Shown piece by piece: positions 8,312 to 16,039 of a stretch of 32,000 nucleotides of DNA (position 1 is its first letter; each line of letters starts with the position of its first letter). The stretch is taken from contig NC_000854.2 in assembly GCF_000011125.1 (NCBI RefSeq), forward strand, positions 660,001 through 692,000, read 5' to 3'. The stretch comes from Aeropyrum pernix K1. GTDB taxonomy: Archaea > Thermoproteota > Thermoprotei_A > Sulfolobales > Acidilobaceae. The translations under genes were made by a program, and so were the position numbers. Under the pieces are notes generated by a model. It saw nothing but the letters and a program-made list of their open reading frames with translations, was not told the DNA's origin and ran no database searches.

Positions 8312-9479
8312 CCGCTATTATTATCTCGTCGGCCATCCTCTGCACCTCGGGGTCGTCGAGGTCCTTGACGAGGTGTGCCACCCTGTTCCTCGTGGCCTTC
8401 AGGCTTCTGAAGTAGTCCGTGAGCCTGGGGTCGAAGCTCTGCATCCTGGTTATGACGGACTGGGCGTTCTCCACGTTCTTCCTTATCTCCTCGAGCTCCC
8501 TGAGGACCCTGTCCTTTGTCTTGAGCTCCTCCATCAGTATTATGTTGATCTTGTCGAAGTCCTCCGGGTCCTTGGGGACAGTGTACTTGAGCACTATCAG
8601 GTCACTCTCCTCCGCGCTCGACCTACCGTTGAGCAGGGCGTGGGCCGCCACCGCCTTCAATATCTTCCCCTTCCTCCTGTCCGTCACGTGGAGTCCCTTC
8701 TCCTCCAGCAGGACGAAAAGCCTTATCAGGCTGGGCTTCACGGGGGAGACGTCGACGCTCATCACATGCTTGTTTATCTCCCTCAGCTCCGCCATGCTCA
8801 TTATCGGCTTCGCCGCCTCGTACTCACCCTTCTCCAGGCTCCATGCGGCGTCCAGCAGCTTGTCCCAGTGGTCCTGGTCGAGGGGTTTGACGTAGTCCCT
8901 GTAGACGAACCTGTCGTAGAGTGCCTCCAGCTCCGGCTCCTCGGGCACCCTGTTGCTCGCGCCAATTATACTCCATATCGGCACCCTGATCTCGCTGTAC
9001 CCGTCGTAAACTATCCTCTCCTGCATAAGGCTTAGGAGGGTGTTAAGGACGGCGCTGTTGGCGTTGAAAACCTCGTCCAGAAACGCTATCTCAGCCTCCG
9101 GCAGCTTCCCCCGGGTTATCCTAATGTACTTCCCCTCCCTGAGAGACCTCAGGTCTAGGGGGCCGAAGAGCTCGCTGGGCTCCGTGAACCTGGTGAGAAG
9201 GTATTTGAAGAACCTGGCGTTCAGGAGCTCCGCAGCCCTCCTAGCCAGGGCGCTCTTAGCCGTCCCCGGCTCGCCTATCATAACAACGTGCTCGCCGCTT
9301 ATCAAGGCTAGGGTGAGCATGAGCGCCTGCTCATGCCTACCCACGAAGGGCTTCTCAAGCTCCTGGAGGAACTTGCGCGCAAGGCCAGACGCCGTCTCGA
9401 AATCCATAGCGCTAGAACCCCTTCCCATAGAACCCCCTTCAGGGATCACCCTGGAGTTCCACACCCACATTAAACCCAA
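8268..9479 (-). CDS. MoxR-family AAA+ ATPase (RavA/APE2220-like)
   Basis: Walker A GEPGTAKS. Walker B and downstream IAFLDEVFNANSAVLNTLLSLMQER closely resembles the RavA/MoxR pattern. There is a C-terminal helical/coiled region. The true start is probably ATG 9428 or 9407 rather than 9479, because a TTTAAA element lies at about 9495-9500. Confidence 0.85.
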   Translation of the reverse strand: MGLMWVWNSRVIPEGGSMGRGSSAMDFETASGLARKFLQELEKPFVGRHEQALMLTLALISGEHVVMIGEPGTAKSALARRAAELLNARFFKYLLTRFTEPSELFGPLDLRSLREGKYIRITRGKLPEAEIAFLDEVFNANSAVLNTLLSLMQERIVYDGYSEIRVPIWSIIGASNRVPEEPELEALYDRFVYRDYVKPLDQDHWDKLLDAAWSLEKGEYEAAKPIMSMAELREINKHVMSVDVSPVKPSLIRLFVLLEEKGLHVTDRRKGKILKAVAAHALLNGRSSAEESDLIVLKYTVPKDPEDFDKINIILMEELKTKDRVLRELEEIRKNVENAQSVITRMQSFDPRLTDYFRSLKATRNRVAHLVKDLDDPEVQRMADEIIIAVDLLLEEIMAKLNM

Positions 9480-9552
9480 TAGGCCGGGGCCTCTTTAAAC
9501 ACTTTCTTACAAACAAGCACGCCGGTAAACAGTTATATAGGGTGCATCTGGC

Positions 9553-9963
9553 TTGGAGGCTGGCGCGCCGGAGGACCTCGTAGGTGCCGCTGTGGAGCAG
9601 GCCGGGAGGGCCTACGCCCCCTACTCCCGCTTCAGGGTGGGGGCGGCGGTGAGGACCTCGGACGGCAGGGTATACGGCGGCTGCAACGTGGAGAACTCGA
9701 GCTACGGCCTCACAGTCTGCGCCGAGAGGACGGCTGTCTTCAAGGCAGTCTCCGAGGGGTCGCGGGGCGTGGTGGAGGTGGCCGTCTACGCAGCCGACAG
9801 CGACGAGCCAGTGCCGCCCTGCGGGGCCTGCCTCCAGGTGCTGAGCGAGTTCGCCCGGGGAGACCCCAGAGTCTACATGATATCCCGCACCGGCAGGATC
9901 AGGGTTGCAAGGCTCTCACAGCTCCTACCCATGGCCTTCAGGCTAGGCGGCGAGACTGGGTGA
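9553..9963 (+). CDS. cdd: Cytidine deaminase (homotetrameric type)
   Basis: 136 aa with zinc-binding motifs CAERTA and PCGACLQ and an N-terminal AYAPYS.F.VGAA pattern. The exact start is uncertain (TTG 9553). Confidence 0.9.
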   Translation: MEAGAPEDLVGAAVEQAGRAYAPYSRFRVGAAVRTSDGRVYGGCNVENSSYGLTVCAERTAVFKAVSEGSRGVVEVAVYAADSDEPVPPCGACLQVLSEFARGDPRVYMISRTGRIRVARLSQLLPMAFRLGGETG

Positions 9964-10031
9964 GGGTAGGGCTGGGGGTCTAGGCGTTTAAGCACCCCGG
10001 CGCCCCTTCATCTAGTGGGTGCGGATACGGG

Positions 10032-10700
10032 TTGAGCAGGGGACCCCTCGACCCCAGAGCGCCCCTCTACAAGGCGGTGCAGATAGCGAGGAGGAGGGCT
10101 GCCGAGGAGGGTGATAGCAGCTGGAGGGTGGTGGCCCAGGCTGTCGAGGAGCTGGCCAGGAGGGTTGAGAGGCTGTACGAGCTGGCCTCGAGGCACGGCC
10201 TCTCGAAGCCCTTCTGGCTCTCCCCGAGGGTGCTCGAGGTCCTGAGGAGTGTTGAGGACGGTGACAAGGGTGGGGCTATAGAGAGGGCTAGGAGCCTCTC
10301 GGAGAGCCTAATACCCGCAGGGCTGGCGGGAGAGTACTCCCTCGCCACAGGCACGGCGGCTAGGGTTCTAGCCTCCATCATCTTCCTCGCCTCAGCCGCG
10401 TACATCGGGGTCGAGGGTATCCAGGCCCCCTCCACTCCCGCCGCCGTGACTACACTAGCCCTCGCATCCTTCGCCCTCGCCGCCCTCCTAGCGGCATCCA
10501 CCCACTACTCCCTCTATCTCCTGGCGGTCTCCACGGGTGCCTCGCTCGCGATAGCCACTGCCTACAGGCCCGTAGTCGACTCCTACAGCATACTGATGGC
10601 CCTCTACTCCGCCGTCCTGGGCTTCGCAGCTGCGGCATACAGCTCGTACACACGCAGGAAGTTCTACAGGATGCTGAGGATGCTGGAGAGGGGGATGTAG
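10032..10700 (+). CDS. Hypothetical membrane protein (soluble helical N-terminus of about 110 aa plus about 4 TM)
   Basis: 222-aa ORF with a clear hydrophobic C-terminal half (ASIIFLASAAYIG, TTLALASFALAALLAAS, LYLLAVSTGASLAIA, ILMALYSAVLGFAAAAY). I recognised no motif. Confidence 0.45.
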   Translation: MSRGPLDPRAPLYKAVQIARRRAAEEGDSSWRVVAQAVEELARRVERLYELASRHGLSKPFWLSPRVLEVLRSVEDGDKGGAIERARSLSESLIPAGLAGEYSLATGTAARVLASIIFLASAAYIGVEGIQAPSTPAAVTTLALASFALAALLAASTHYSLYLLAVSTGASLAIATAYRPVVDSYSILMALYSAVLGFAAAAYSSYTRRKFYRMLRMLERGM

Positions 10701-10706
10701 CCTCCC

Positions 10707-11204
10707 TTGACGCCGGAGGTTCTGTCTGACAACCCCGTACTGGCGGTCGCCCTCGCCGCCCTCACCCCCGGGGTGGAGCCGAGGTACGCGCTCCTCGTAG
10801 GCCTCGGCCTCGGCTTGGGGCTGCTAGAGAGCCTAGCACTCTCGGCCGCCGGCGTCCTGGTCCTGGGCCTCCTCCTCTACACCGCCATAGATACTGTGGA
10901 CCGGCTTATGGAGGCTCTGTGCAGCAGGAAACGCCTAGGGGTGAACCCGGGCTGCATATACCTCGCCCTCAGGTCCTCGGCAGCCAGGCGGGCGGGGGGA
11001 TATGTTGAGAGGTACGGCTGGGCCGGCCTCATAGTGTTCATAGCAATCCCCCTACCCGCCACCGGTATGTACAGCGGCGCCCTAGCCGCCGCACTGCTGG
11101 GGATAAGGGGCCCCAGGCTCCTGGCAAGCCTCCTGCTAGGCGGCTACCTGAGCCTCGCCATAACAGCGGTGGTAGGGGGAGGAGTCGCGGTTGTCTCAAC
11201 CTGA
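10707..11204 (+). CDS. Small integral membrane protein, COG2426 / 'small multidrug export'-like
   Basis: 165 aa. The N-terminal LTPGVEPRYAL and the C-terminal AIPLPATGMYSGALAAALLG resemble the two conserved segments I recall for this family (P.iE.R... and PLPgTGaWtGal.A). Confidence 0.5.
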   Translation: MTPEVLSDNPVLAVALAALTPGVEPRYALLVGLGLGLGLLESLALSAAGVLVLGLLLYTAIDTVDRLMEALCSRKRLGVNPGCIYLALRSSAARRAGGYVERYGWAGLIVFIAIPLPATGMYSGALAAALLGIRGPRLLASLLLGGYLSLAITAVVGGGVAVVST

Positions 11205-11209
11205 AAAAA
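11204..11209 (-). terminator. Oligo-T tract (T6 on the minus strand), candidate archaeal terminator for the SQR-DUF1641 unit
   Basis: The plus strand reads ctgAAAAAAgggggg. On the minus strand this is CCCCCCTTTTTT, about 37 nt downstream of the stop at 11246. Archaeal termination commonly uses oligo-T. Confidence 0.25.
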
Positions 11210-11245
11210 GGGGGGAGGTCTGGGGGCCTAGGTGCCGCCAGGGCT

Positions 11246-11686
11246 CTAGCCCTGCTTGCCTCTGGCGCAGCTTACACCCGCTATGAGGGCTTTCAGGAGG
11301 GCTGCCATCTCGGGGCTGGTCATAGTCTTCATCAGCTCCCTTATACCCATGCCCTTCTCGGTGGCCGCGGCCTCCTGGAGTGCTGTGTTCATGCAGACTG
11401 GCATCTTCTCGGCGGCCTTCATCAGGAGGGGCTGGTCTATCTGTGACAGCATGTAGCCCATCATCATCAAGTTTCCTATCATCTTCATGACCTCGGGCCT
11501 GGCGAGGGAGTTGAATATCTCGTCGCCCATCTCGGCGAGCTGAAGCAGGGCGTCAAGGGTGCCCGACTTCTTCAGAGCCGCGACCAGCTCTATAGTTGTC
11601 GCCAGGGCCTCGTAGTTCTCCTCCACAAGCTCTAGGAGCTTGAGGATCTTCTCATCCCCGACCTGAGCCCCATGAGCCATACACAC
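11246..11686 (-). CDS. DUF1641-like small helical protein
   Basis: 146 aa. The C-terminal segment GIRELMKTMTSPEMAALLKALIAGV resembles the DUF1641 core. It sits 11 nt downstream of a flavoprotein oxidoreductase, with a GGGGGTGAG SD-like sequence, which is a common context for this family. Confidence 0.5.
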   Translation of the reverse strand: MCMAHGAQVGDEKILKLLELVEENYEALATTIELVAALKKSGTLDALLQLAEMGDEIFNSLARPEVMKMIGNLMMMGYMLSQIDQPLLMKAAEKMPVCMNTALQEAAATEKGMGIRELMKTMTSPEMAALLKALIAGVSCARGKQG

Positions 11687-11697
11687 TCACCCCCATA

Positions 11698-12843
11698 CTA
11701 GGTGAACCACTTCTCAAGCCAGTACCTCTCGAAGGCGTATTTAAGCGGCCTGAAGGCCCTCATCCCTCCTAGTATGACGCAGTCGGGATACTCAGCCTCT
11801 CCCATCACCTTCTTGGAGAAGTCGCAGTATACCGCCGCCCCGGCGTAGCCAAGGTCCATGACGCAGACCCCGCTCATGTTGTAGTGCTCCCCCATATAGG
11901 TCCCCAGTATCTCGTCGGCTATCTGGCTGGCCACGTACTCCGCCTGGAAGTGGGCGAAAATGCCCGCCATGCCCAGTCCAAGGCTGGGGGCTATTATGTC
12001 TCCGACTCCGAAGACGTTGCCGTACCTGGGGCTCCTGAGGGTCCGCTTGTCCACCCTCATGTAGCCCCCTAGGCTCTCATCGCCCAGCGGCGACTCGGCC
12101 ACAGGCTTCGGGGGCTCGTGCGGTGGGGCGAAAACTGCAAGGTCGTACTCTATTTCCTCCCCGCTGCTGGCTACTAGCCTTCCTCCCCTGGCCTCCATAG
12201 GCTCGACACCGCCCTTGAAGCCGACGCCATACATGTCAAGGAAGCTCTGGAAGGCCTCCGCCATCGTTGGGCCGAAGGGTTCCATAGGCTTCTTCCAGAA
12301 GTGAACAACCGTAACCTGAGCGTCTCCACCCCTCTGCTCCAGCAGGTATTTGACGAGGAACGCCGTCTCGAAGGGGGCGGGAGGGCACTTGTAGGGCCAG
12401 CTCCAGGCGCCCACTATAATCCTCCCGCTCTTGAAGCCCGCCAGCTTCCTCCTACAGTCCAGGGCCCCCTCGACAGTCCAGGGGCTGCATACAGTGTCGT
12501 CGGCCTTCATCAACTCGGGCCGCGGGGTGCTGCCCAGGCTGACAACTAGGTAGTCGTACTCGAACTCGCCGCCGGATGTTGCCACCTTGTTGTTGTCCGG
12601 GTCTATAGACTCGACGCTCGCGGTAACAACCTTTATCCCATGCTTCTCAAGCTTGGACAGTGGCCTCATAATATCCTCGGGCTCCCTCTGGCCTACCATG
12701 ACCCAGAGGAGGCTGGGTGGGAAGAGGTGGTATCCCGTCTTGTCTATGAGCGTGATCTCAGCCTTCCCCCTGAGGAGCCTGGCTAGGTTATAGGCGGCGA
12801 CGAGGCCCCCGGGGCCCCCGCCAAGGACTACTATCTTCTTCAA
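11698..12843 (-). CDS. Sulfide:quinone oxidoreductase-like FAD-dependent pyridine nucleotide-disulfide oxidoreductase
   Basis: 381 aa with a TTG start. It has an N-terminal Rossmann motif KIVVLGGGPGG, a second dinucleotide motif GVGDI, and candidate redox cysteines in YKCPPAP and GVCVMDLG as in SQR-type enzymes. Confidence 0.7.
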   Translation of the reverse strand: MKKIVVLGGGPGGLVAAYNLARLLRGKAEITLIDKTGYHLFPPSLLWVMVGQREPEDIMRPLSKLEKHGIKVVTASVESIDPDNNKVATSGGEFEYDYLVVSLGSTPRPELMKADDTVCSPWTVEGALDCRRKLAGFKSGRIIVGAWSWPYKCPPAPFETAFLVKYLLEQRGGDAQVTVVHFWKKPMEPFGPTMAEAFQSFLDMYGVGFKGGVEPMEARGGRLVASSGEEIEYDLAVFAPPHEPPKPVAESPLGDESLGGYMRVDKRTLRSPRYGNVFGVGDIIAPSLGLGMAGIFAHFQAEYVASQIADEILGTYMGEHYNMSGVCVMDLGYAGAAVYCDFSKKVMGEAEYPDCVILGGMRAFRPLKYAFERYWLEKWFT

Positions 12844-13173
12844 GAACTACGCACCTCAGGCCTCCACATGATATAATACTTATTGCTGCTATTAACCAGA
12901 GTTTCGGCTTTTAGACTACATACTGCAATTTTGAATATACTAAAAATATAATAATTAAATTTGAAAAACTCAAAAACAGCACAATACTGACAATTCCACG
13001 ATAACAGGACATGCGATAGTCTAGACCGAAGCTGCAGGCCGGGAGCTTCGGGCAGGAGCTGTCAGGACGATATGGCTTCTAGAATCATCGCTCCTCCAGC
13101 CTCTGTAGGCTCTTGTTAATGCCTTTGCCGTACCAGAGTTTTAGCCTGTGAAGACGGAGGTGGGTGTGGGCTT
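12844..13173. promoter_or_regulatory. Unusually long AT-rich divergent intergenic region (promoters for the SQR-like gene and the nitroreductase, plus unexplained repeats and palindromes)
   Basis: 330 bp with no ORF over 15 codons. The core 12860-13010 is strongly AT-rich, in contrast to the flanks. A GGAGGTG SD-like sequence precedes ATG 13174. Confidence 0.5.
12930..12978 (+). repeat. Imperfect direct repeat TTTGAA(t/a)A..ACT.AAAAA.A, two copies 30 nt apart
   Basis: Copy 1 is tttgaatatactaaaaata (12930-12948). Copy 2 is tttgaaaaactcaaaaaca (12960-12978). They align with a 1-nt gap and a few mismatches. Confidence 0.4.
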
Positions 13174-13923
13174 ATGGAGGCTACGGGGGCTTCTGAGGCT
13201 GCTAGGGTGGTTTACGAGGTTTTTGCGAGGCATAGGTCTATAAGAAAGTATGTTAAGAAGCCGCTGCCGGAGGAGCATGTGTCCCTCCTACTGGAGGCTG
13301 CTAGGAGGGCTCCCACAGACGCTACTCTACACCTCTGGAGCGCAGTTAGGGTTGTTGATGATGGTGTGAGGAGGAGGATTGCCGATGCTATAGGCCAGGA
13401 GCACGTCTACGAGGCCGGCGAGTTCTTCATCTTCCTCGCCGACTTCTACAGGCTGAAAAGGCTCCTGGAGTACCGGGGTGAGGAGCTGGGCAGGGTTGAC
13501 AGGGCTCTCCTCGTTTTCGCAGCCATCGACGCCGGCCTGGCGGCTGAGAACATGGCCGTCATGGCCGAGGCCCTGGGCTACGGCACCTGCTTCATAGGGG
13601 GCGTCCAGAACGCCGCCGAGCTCATCATAGAACTCCTGGCCCTACCGGAGAAGACCTACCCCCTCTTCGGCCTCACCATAGGCTACCCAGCAGAGGACCC
13701 GCCCCTCAGGCCCAGGCTACCCCCGGACCTCCTATTCCACACGGACAGGTACAGGGAATACACCAGCGAGGACCTAGCCAGAGCTTACGAGGCCATGGCA
13801 TCCTACAGCAGGAGGAGGGACTGGCTCAGGATACTCAAACGCTACGTAGCCAAGGGAGGCTACTTCGAGGCCAGGAGCGAGGAGATGTGGAGGCTGCTCA
13901 GGAAGCAGGGCTTCAGCCTATAG
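13174..13923 (+). CDS. Nitroreductase-family flavoprotein (NfsA/Frp-like)
   Basis: 249 aa with the N-terminal RHRSIRKY motif characteristic of nitroreductases. The size fits the NfsA-like group. Confidence 0.85.
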   Translation: MEATGASEAARVVYEVFARHRSIRKYVKKPLPEEHVSLLLEAARRAPTDATLHLWSAVRVVDDGVRRRIADAIGQEHVYEAGEFFIFLADFYRLKRLLEYRGEELGRVDRALLVFAAIDAGLAAENMAVMAEALGYGTCFIGGVQNAAELIIELLALPEKTYPLFGLTIGYPAEDPPLRPRLPPDLLFHTDRYREYTSEDLARAYEAMASYSRRRDWLRILKRYVAKGGYFEARSEEMWRLLRKQGFSL

Positions 13924-13938
13924 CCCCCCGCCCCCCGG

Positions 13939-15039
13939 CTAGTAATGCTCTATCCCTCCTATCCTCGACGCAAGCCTGTCCAGGAACCTCAGCCTCTTGG
14001 AGACCGGCGGGTGTGTGCTGAACAGCTCCACCAGGGGGTTGGTCTCCTGCTCCTTCAGCCTCTCGACCAGGTAGTCGACGTCCACCAGCGGCGAGGCCGT
14101 CAGGCTGGTTAGAGGGGCTACTATGAACAGCATGCTGGCCATCTCGTTGCTCCTAGCCTCCTCCACCAGGTGGGGATTGTGCTCGTAGGCGGCGTGGATC
14201 CTCGCCAGGGCCCTCTGGAGGCTCCTTGGGCTCCCCGTCACCAGGGCGCTGTGGGCATCGGCGTAGTACTCCCTGAGCCTGTTGAAGTGGGATACTATGA
14301 GCTGGAATACCATGCCCGCGGCTAGGAGGGCGGCGCCCACCGCCACAAGGGCCATCGGGTTGCCCCTCCTCTCGCCCCCGCCCCCGCCGAGTATGCCGGC
14401 CCAGACTAGGGTGCGGCCTATGAGGAAGGCTGCAATCGGTATGAGGCTCAGGGCGAGTATGACGGTGACGTCCCTGTGCTTAAGGTGGCCCACCTCGTGG
14501 GCCAGGACGGCTCTAACCTCGTCTTTGGGCAGAAGCCTTAGGAGGCCGCGTGTGACGGCGACGTAGCTTCCGGCTATGGGGCTTCCGTAGGCGAAGGCGT
14601 TGGGCATGTTCATCTCGCTGACCACAACCTTGGGCGGCTTCAGCCCGCTCCTCCTGGCCAGCTGCTCGACCTCAGCAACTATCCACTCCTCGCCTGGGAG
14701 GGGCTCCCGGGTCCTGTACACCATGTTTATTATGTAGGGTGAGAAGAGCCACTGCACCAGCACCATGGCCAGGGCTAGCAGGGATAGCATGAACGCCACC
14801 CCGGTGCCAGAGAGGCCTGTGAAGGCGTCTAGAGCCCAGGCCGCAACGCCCAGCACAACAATGTACCCGCCGATGAGGGCGAGAACAGTAAGCCCCATGC
14901 TAGCCCTCAGGGCGGCGAGGCTCTGGGGCGCGTCACCCACTATCCTGTGGGCGTTCACCGCCACCAGGGCTATGACCCCGGCTAGTATCAGCGACTCGAC
15001 CAGGCCAAGCCACCACCAGGCGAATATGAACTCCAGCAT
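13939..15039 (-). CDS. htpX: HtpX-like M48 zinc metalloprotease (membrane)
   Basis: HExxH in LAHEVGHLKHRD, multiple TM helices, and a C-terminal STHPPVSKRL motif typical of M48/HtpX. Confidence 0.85.
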   Translation of the reverse strand: MLEFIFAWWWLGLVESLILAGVIALVAVNAHRIVGDAPQSLAALRASMGLTVLALIGGYIVVLGVAAWALDAFTGLSGTGVAFMLSLLALAMVLVQWLFSPYIINMVYRTREPLPGEEWIVAEVEQLARRSGLKPPKVVVSEMNMPNAFAYGSPIAGSYVAVTRGLLRLLPKDEVRAVLAHEVGHLKHRDVTVILALSLIPIAAFLIGRTLVWAGILGGGGGERRGNPMALVAVGAALLAAGMVFQLIVSHFNRLREYYADAHSALVTGSPRSLQRALARIHAAYEHNPHLVEEARSNEMASMLFIVAPLTSLTASPLVDVDYLVERLKEQETNPLVELFSTHPPVSKRLRFLDRLASRIGGIEHY

Positions 15040-15164
15040 TCCACCACTCCCTCTACTATACTTTAACCCTGTCCTAACCCGCCTCCCGCCATATAGGGTT
15101 TTACATATATATCCCGGGAGGCTAAACGCTTTTTGCCCACTGTATATACGTTGGTGGCTGAGCC

Positions 15165-16019
15165 TTGCCAGCCGGGTTAGAGGAGGCTGTTAGGGAGGTT
15201 TCCAGGGAGAGGATCCGCGGCGCCAGCTGGGCCATCTCAACCCTCGCCCGCGGCCTCCTAGAGGACCTGGAGTCGGGCCGCACCCTTGATTGTGACAGGG
15301 CCTCCCAGGTCCTCAGGACCACGCTACCGGGCATGGGGAGCCTGGAGGTCCTTGCAGAGGTTGTTGAGAGGCTATGCAACAGGCCCGGGGAGCTGGCCGA
15401 GGCGCTGAGGAGGCTCATGGACTATGTTGAGGAGGCTGGGAGGGAGGCGGCTGAGCGCGCCGCCGAGTTCCTCAGCGGCGCAGGAGCAGTTTCGACCGTG
15501 AGCTTCAGCAGGGCTGTACAGCTCACCATACTCGCCGCGAGGCCCCGGGTAGTTTACGTGCTGGAGTCGAGGCCCGGGGGCGAGGGTGTGGCGATGGCTA
15601 GGCATCTGAGGCAGTCGGGCGTGAACGCGGTGGTGCTGCCGGACTCGGCGGCAGGCCTTGCCGTCTCAAGGTCAAACGCGGTGGTGTTCGGGGCCGACGC
15701 CGCCGGGCTGGACGGCTGTTTGAGGAACAAGCTGGGCACACTACCCCTGGCAGCCTCAGCCGCCGCGCTCGGTGTAGAGGCTGTCGCGGTTTTCGAATCC
15801 TACAAGATAGTCTCTAGGGCCTGCGTCTGGGAGGGCGTTGAGACCAGGAGCTACAGGGTCGAGGGGTGGGGCGACGTCGAGTACCCTGTTTTCGAGCCCA
15901 TCCCCCTCCGGCTGGTGAGCTATATAGCGACGGAGCTGGGGGGAGGGCGGGCTGGGGTGGAGCCTCTCAGGCTGTATAGGAGGTTGTTCCTCGGGGAGGT
16001 CCTGGGGGGTGATGTTTAA
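15165..16019 (+). CDS. eIF-2B alpha/beta/delta-family protein (short archaeal aIF2B-like form; function ambiguous)
   Basis: VVYVLESRPGGEG ... GVNAVVLPDSAAGLAVSRSNAVVFGADA ... NKLGT matches the IF-2B family core. 284 aa with a TTG start. Confidence 0.7.
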   Translation: MPAGLEEAVREVSRERIRGASWAISTLARGLLEDLESGRTLDCDRASQVLRTTLPGMGSLEVLAEVVERLCNRPGELAEALRRLMDYVEEAGREAAERAAEFLSGAGAVSTVSFSRAVQLTILAARPRVVYVLESRPGGEGVAMARHLRQSGVNAVVLPDSAAGLAVSRSNAVVFGADAAGLDGCLRNKLGTLPLAASAAALGVEAVAVFESYKIVSRACVWEGVETRSYRVEGWGDVEYPVFEPIPLRLVSYIATELGGGRAGVEPLRLYRRLFLGEVLGGDV

Positions 16020-16039
16020 AGGGTTTGGGACGATAGGAT

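Noticed and set aside
7187-9035. Plus-strand ORFs of 363 aa and 321 aa (7187..8278 and 8070..9035) opposite the VWA and MoxR genes.
   Set aside because: The translations are proline/leucine/histidine-rich with no motifs. The minus-strand frames carry complete MIDAS and Walker motifs.
12844-13173. A C/D-box sRNA or a replication origin (ORB elements) in the AT-rich spacer.
   Set aside because: For the sRNA, only a weak C-box-like gcGATGATTc is present on the minus strand, with CTGA at the wrong spacing (17 nt rather than 12) and no C'/D pair. For the origin, I could not find ORB/mini-ORB-like dyads (only CTCCACA and TCCAG fragments), and no cdc6/orc1 or whiP gene is nearby. The origin idea is kept only as a low-probability option in the finding.
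15788-15800. A tRNA T-arm-like string ggttttcgaatcc.
   Set aside because: It lies inside the eIF-2B-family CDS. It has an extra T relative to GGTTCGAATCC, and no acceptor or anticodon arms can be drawn around it.
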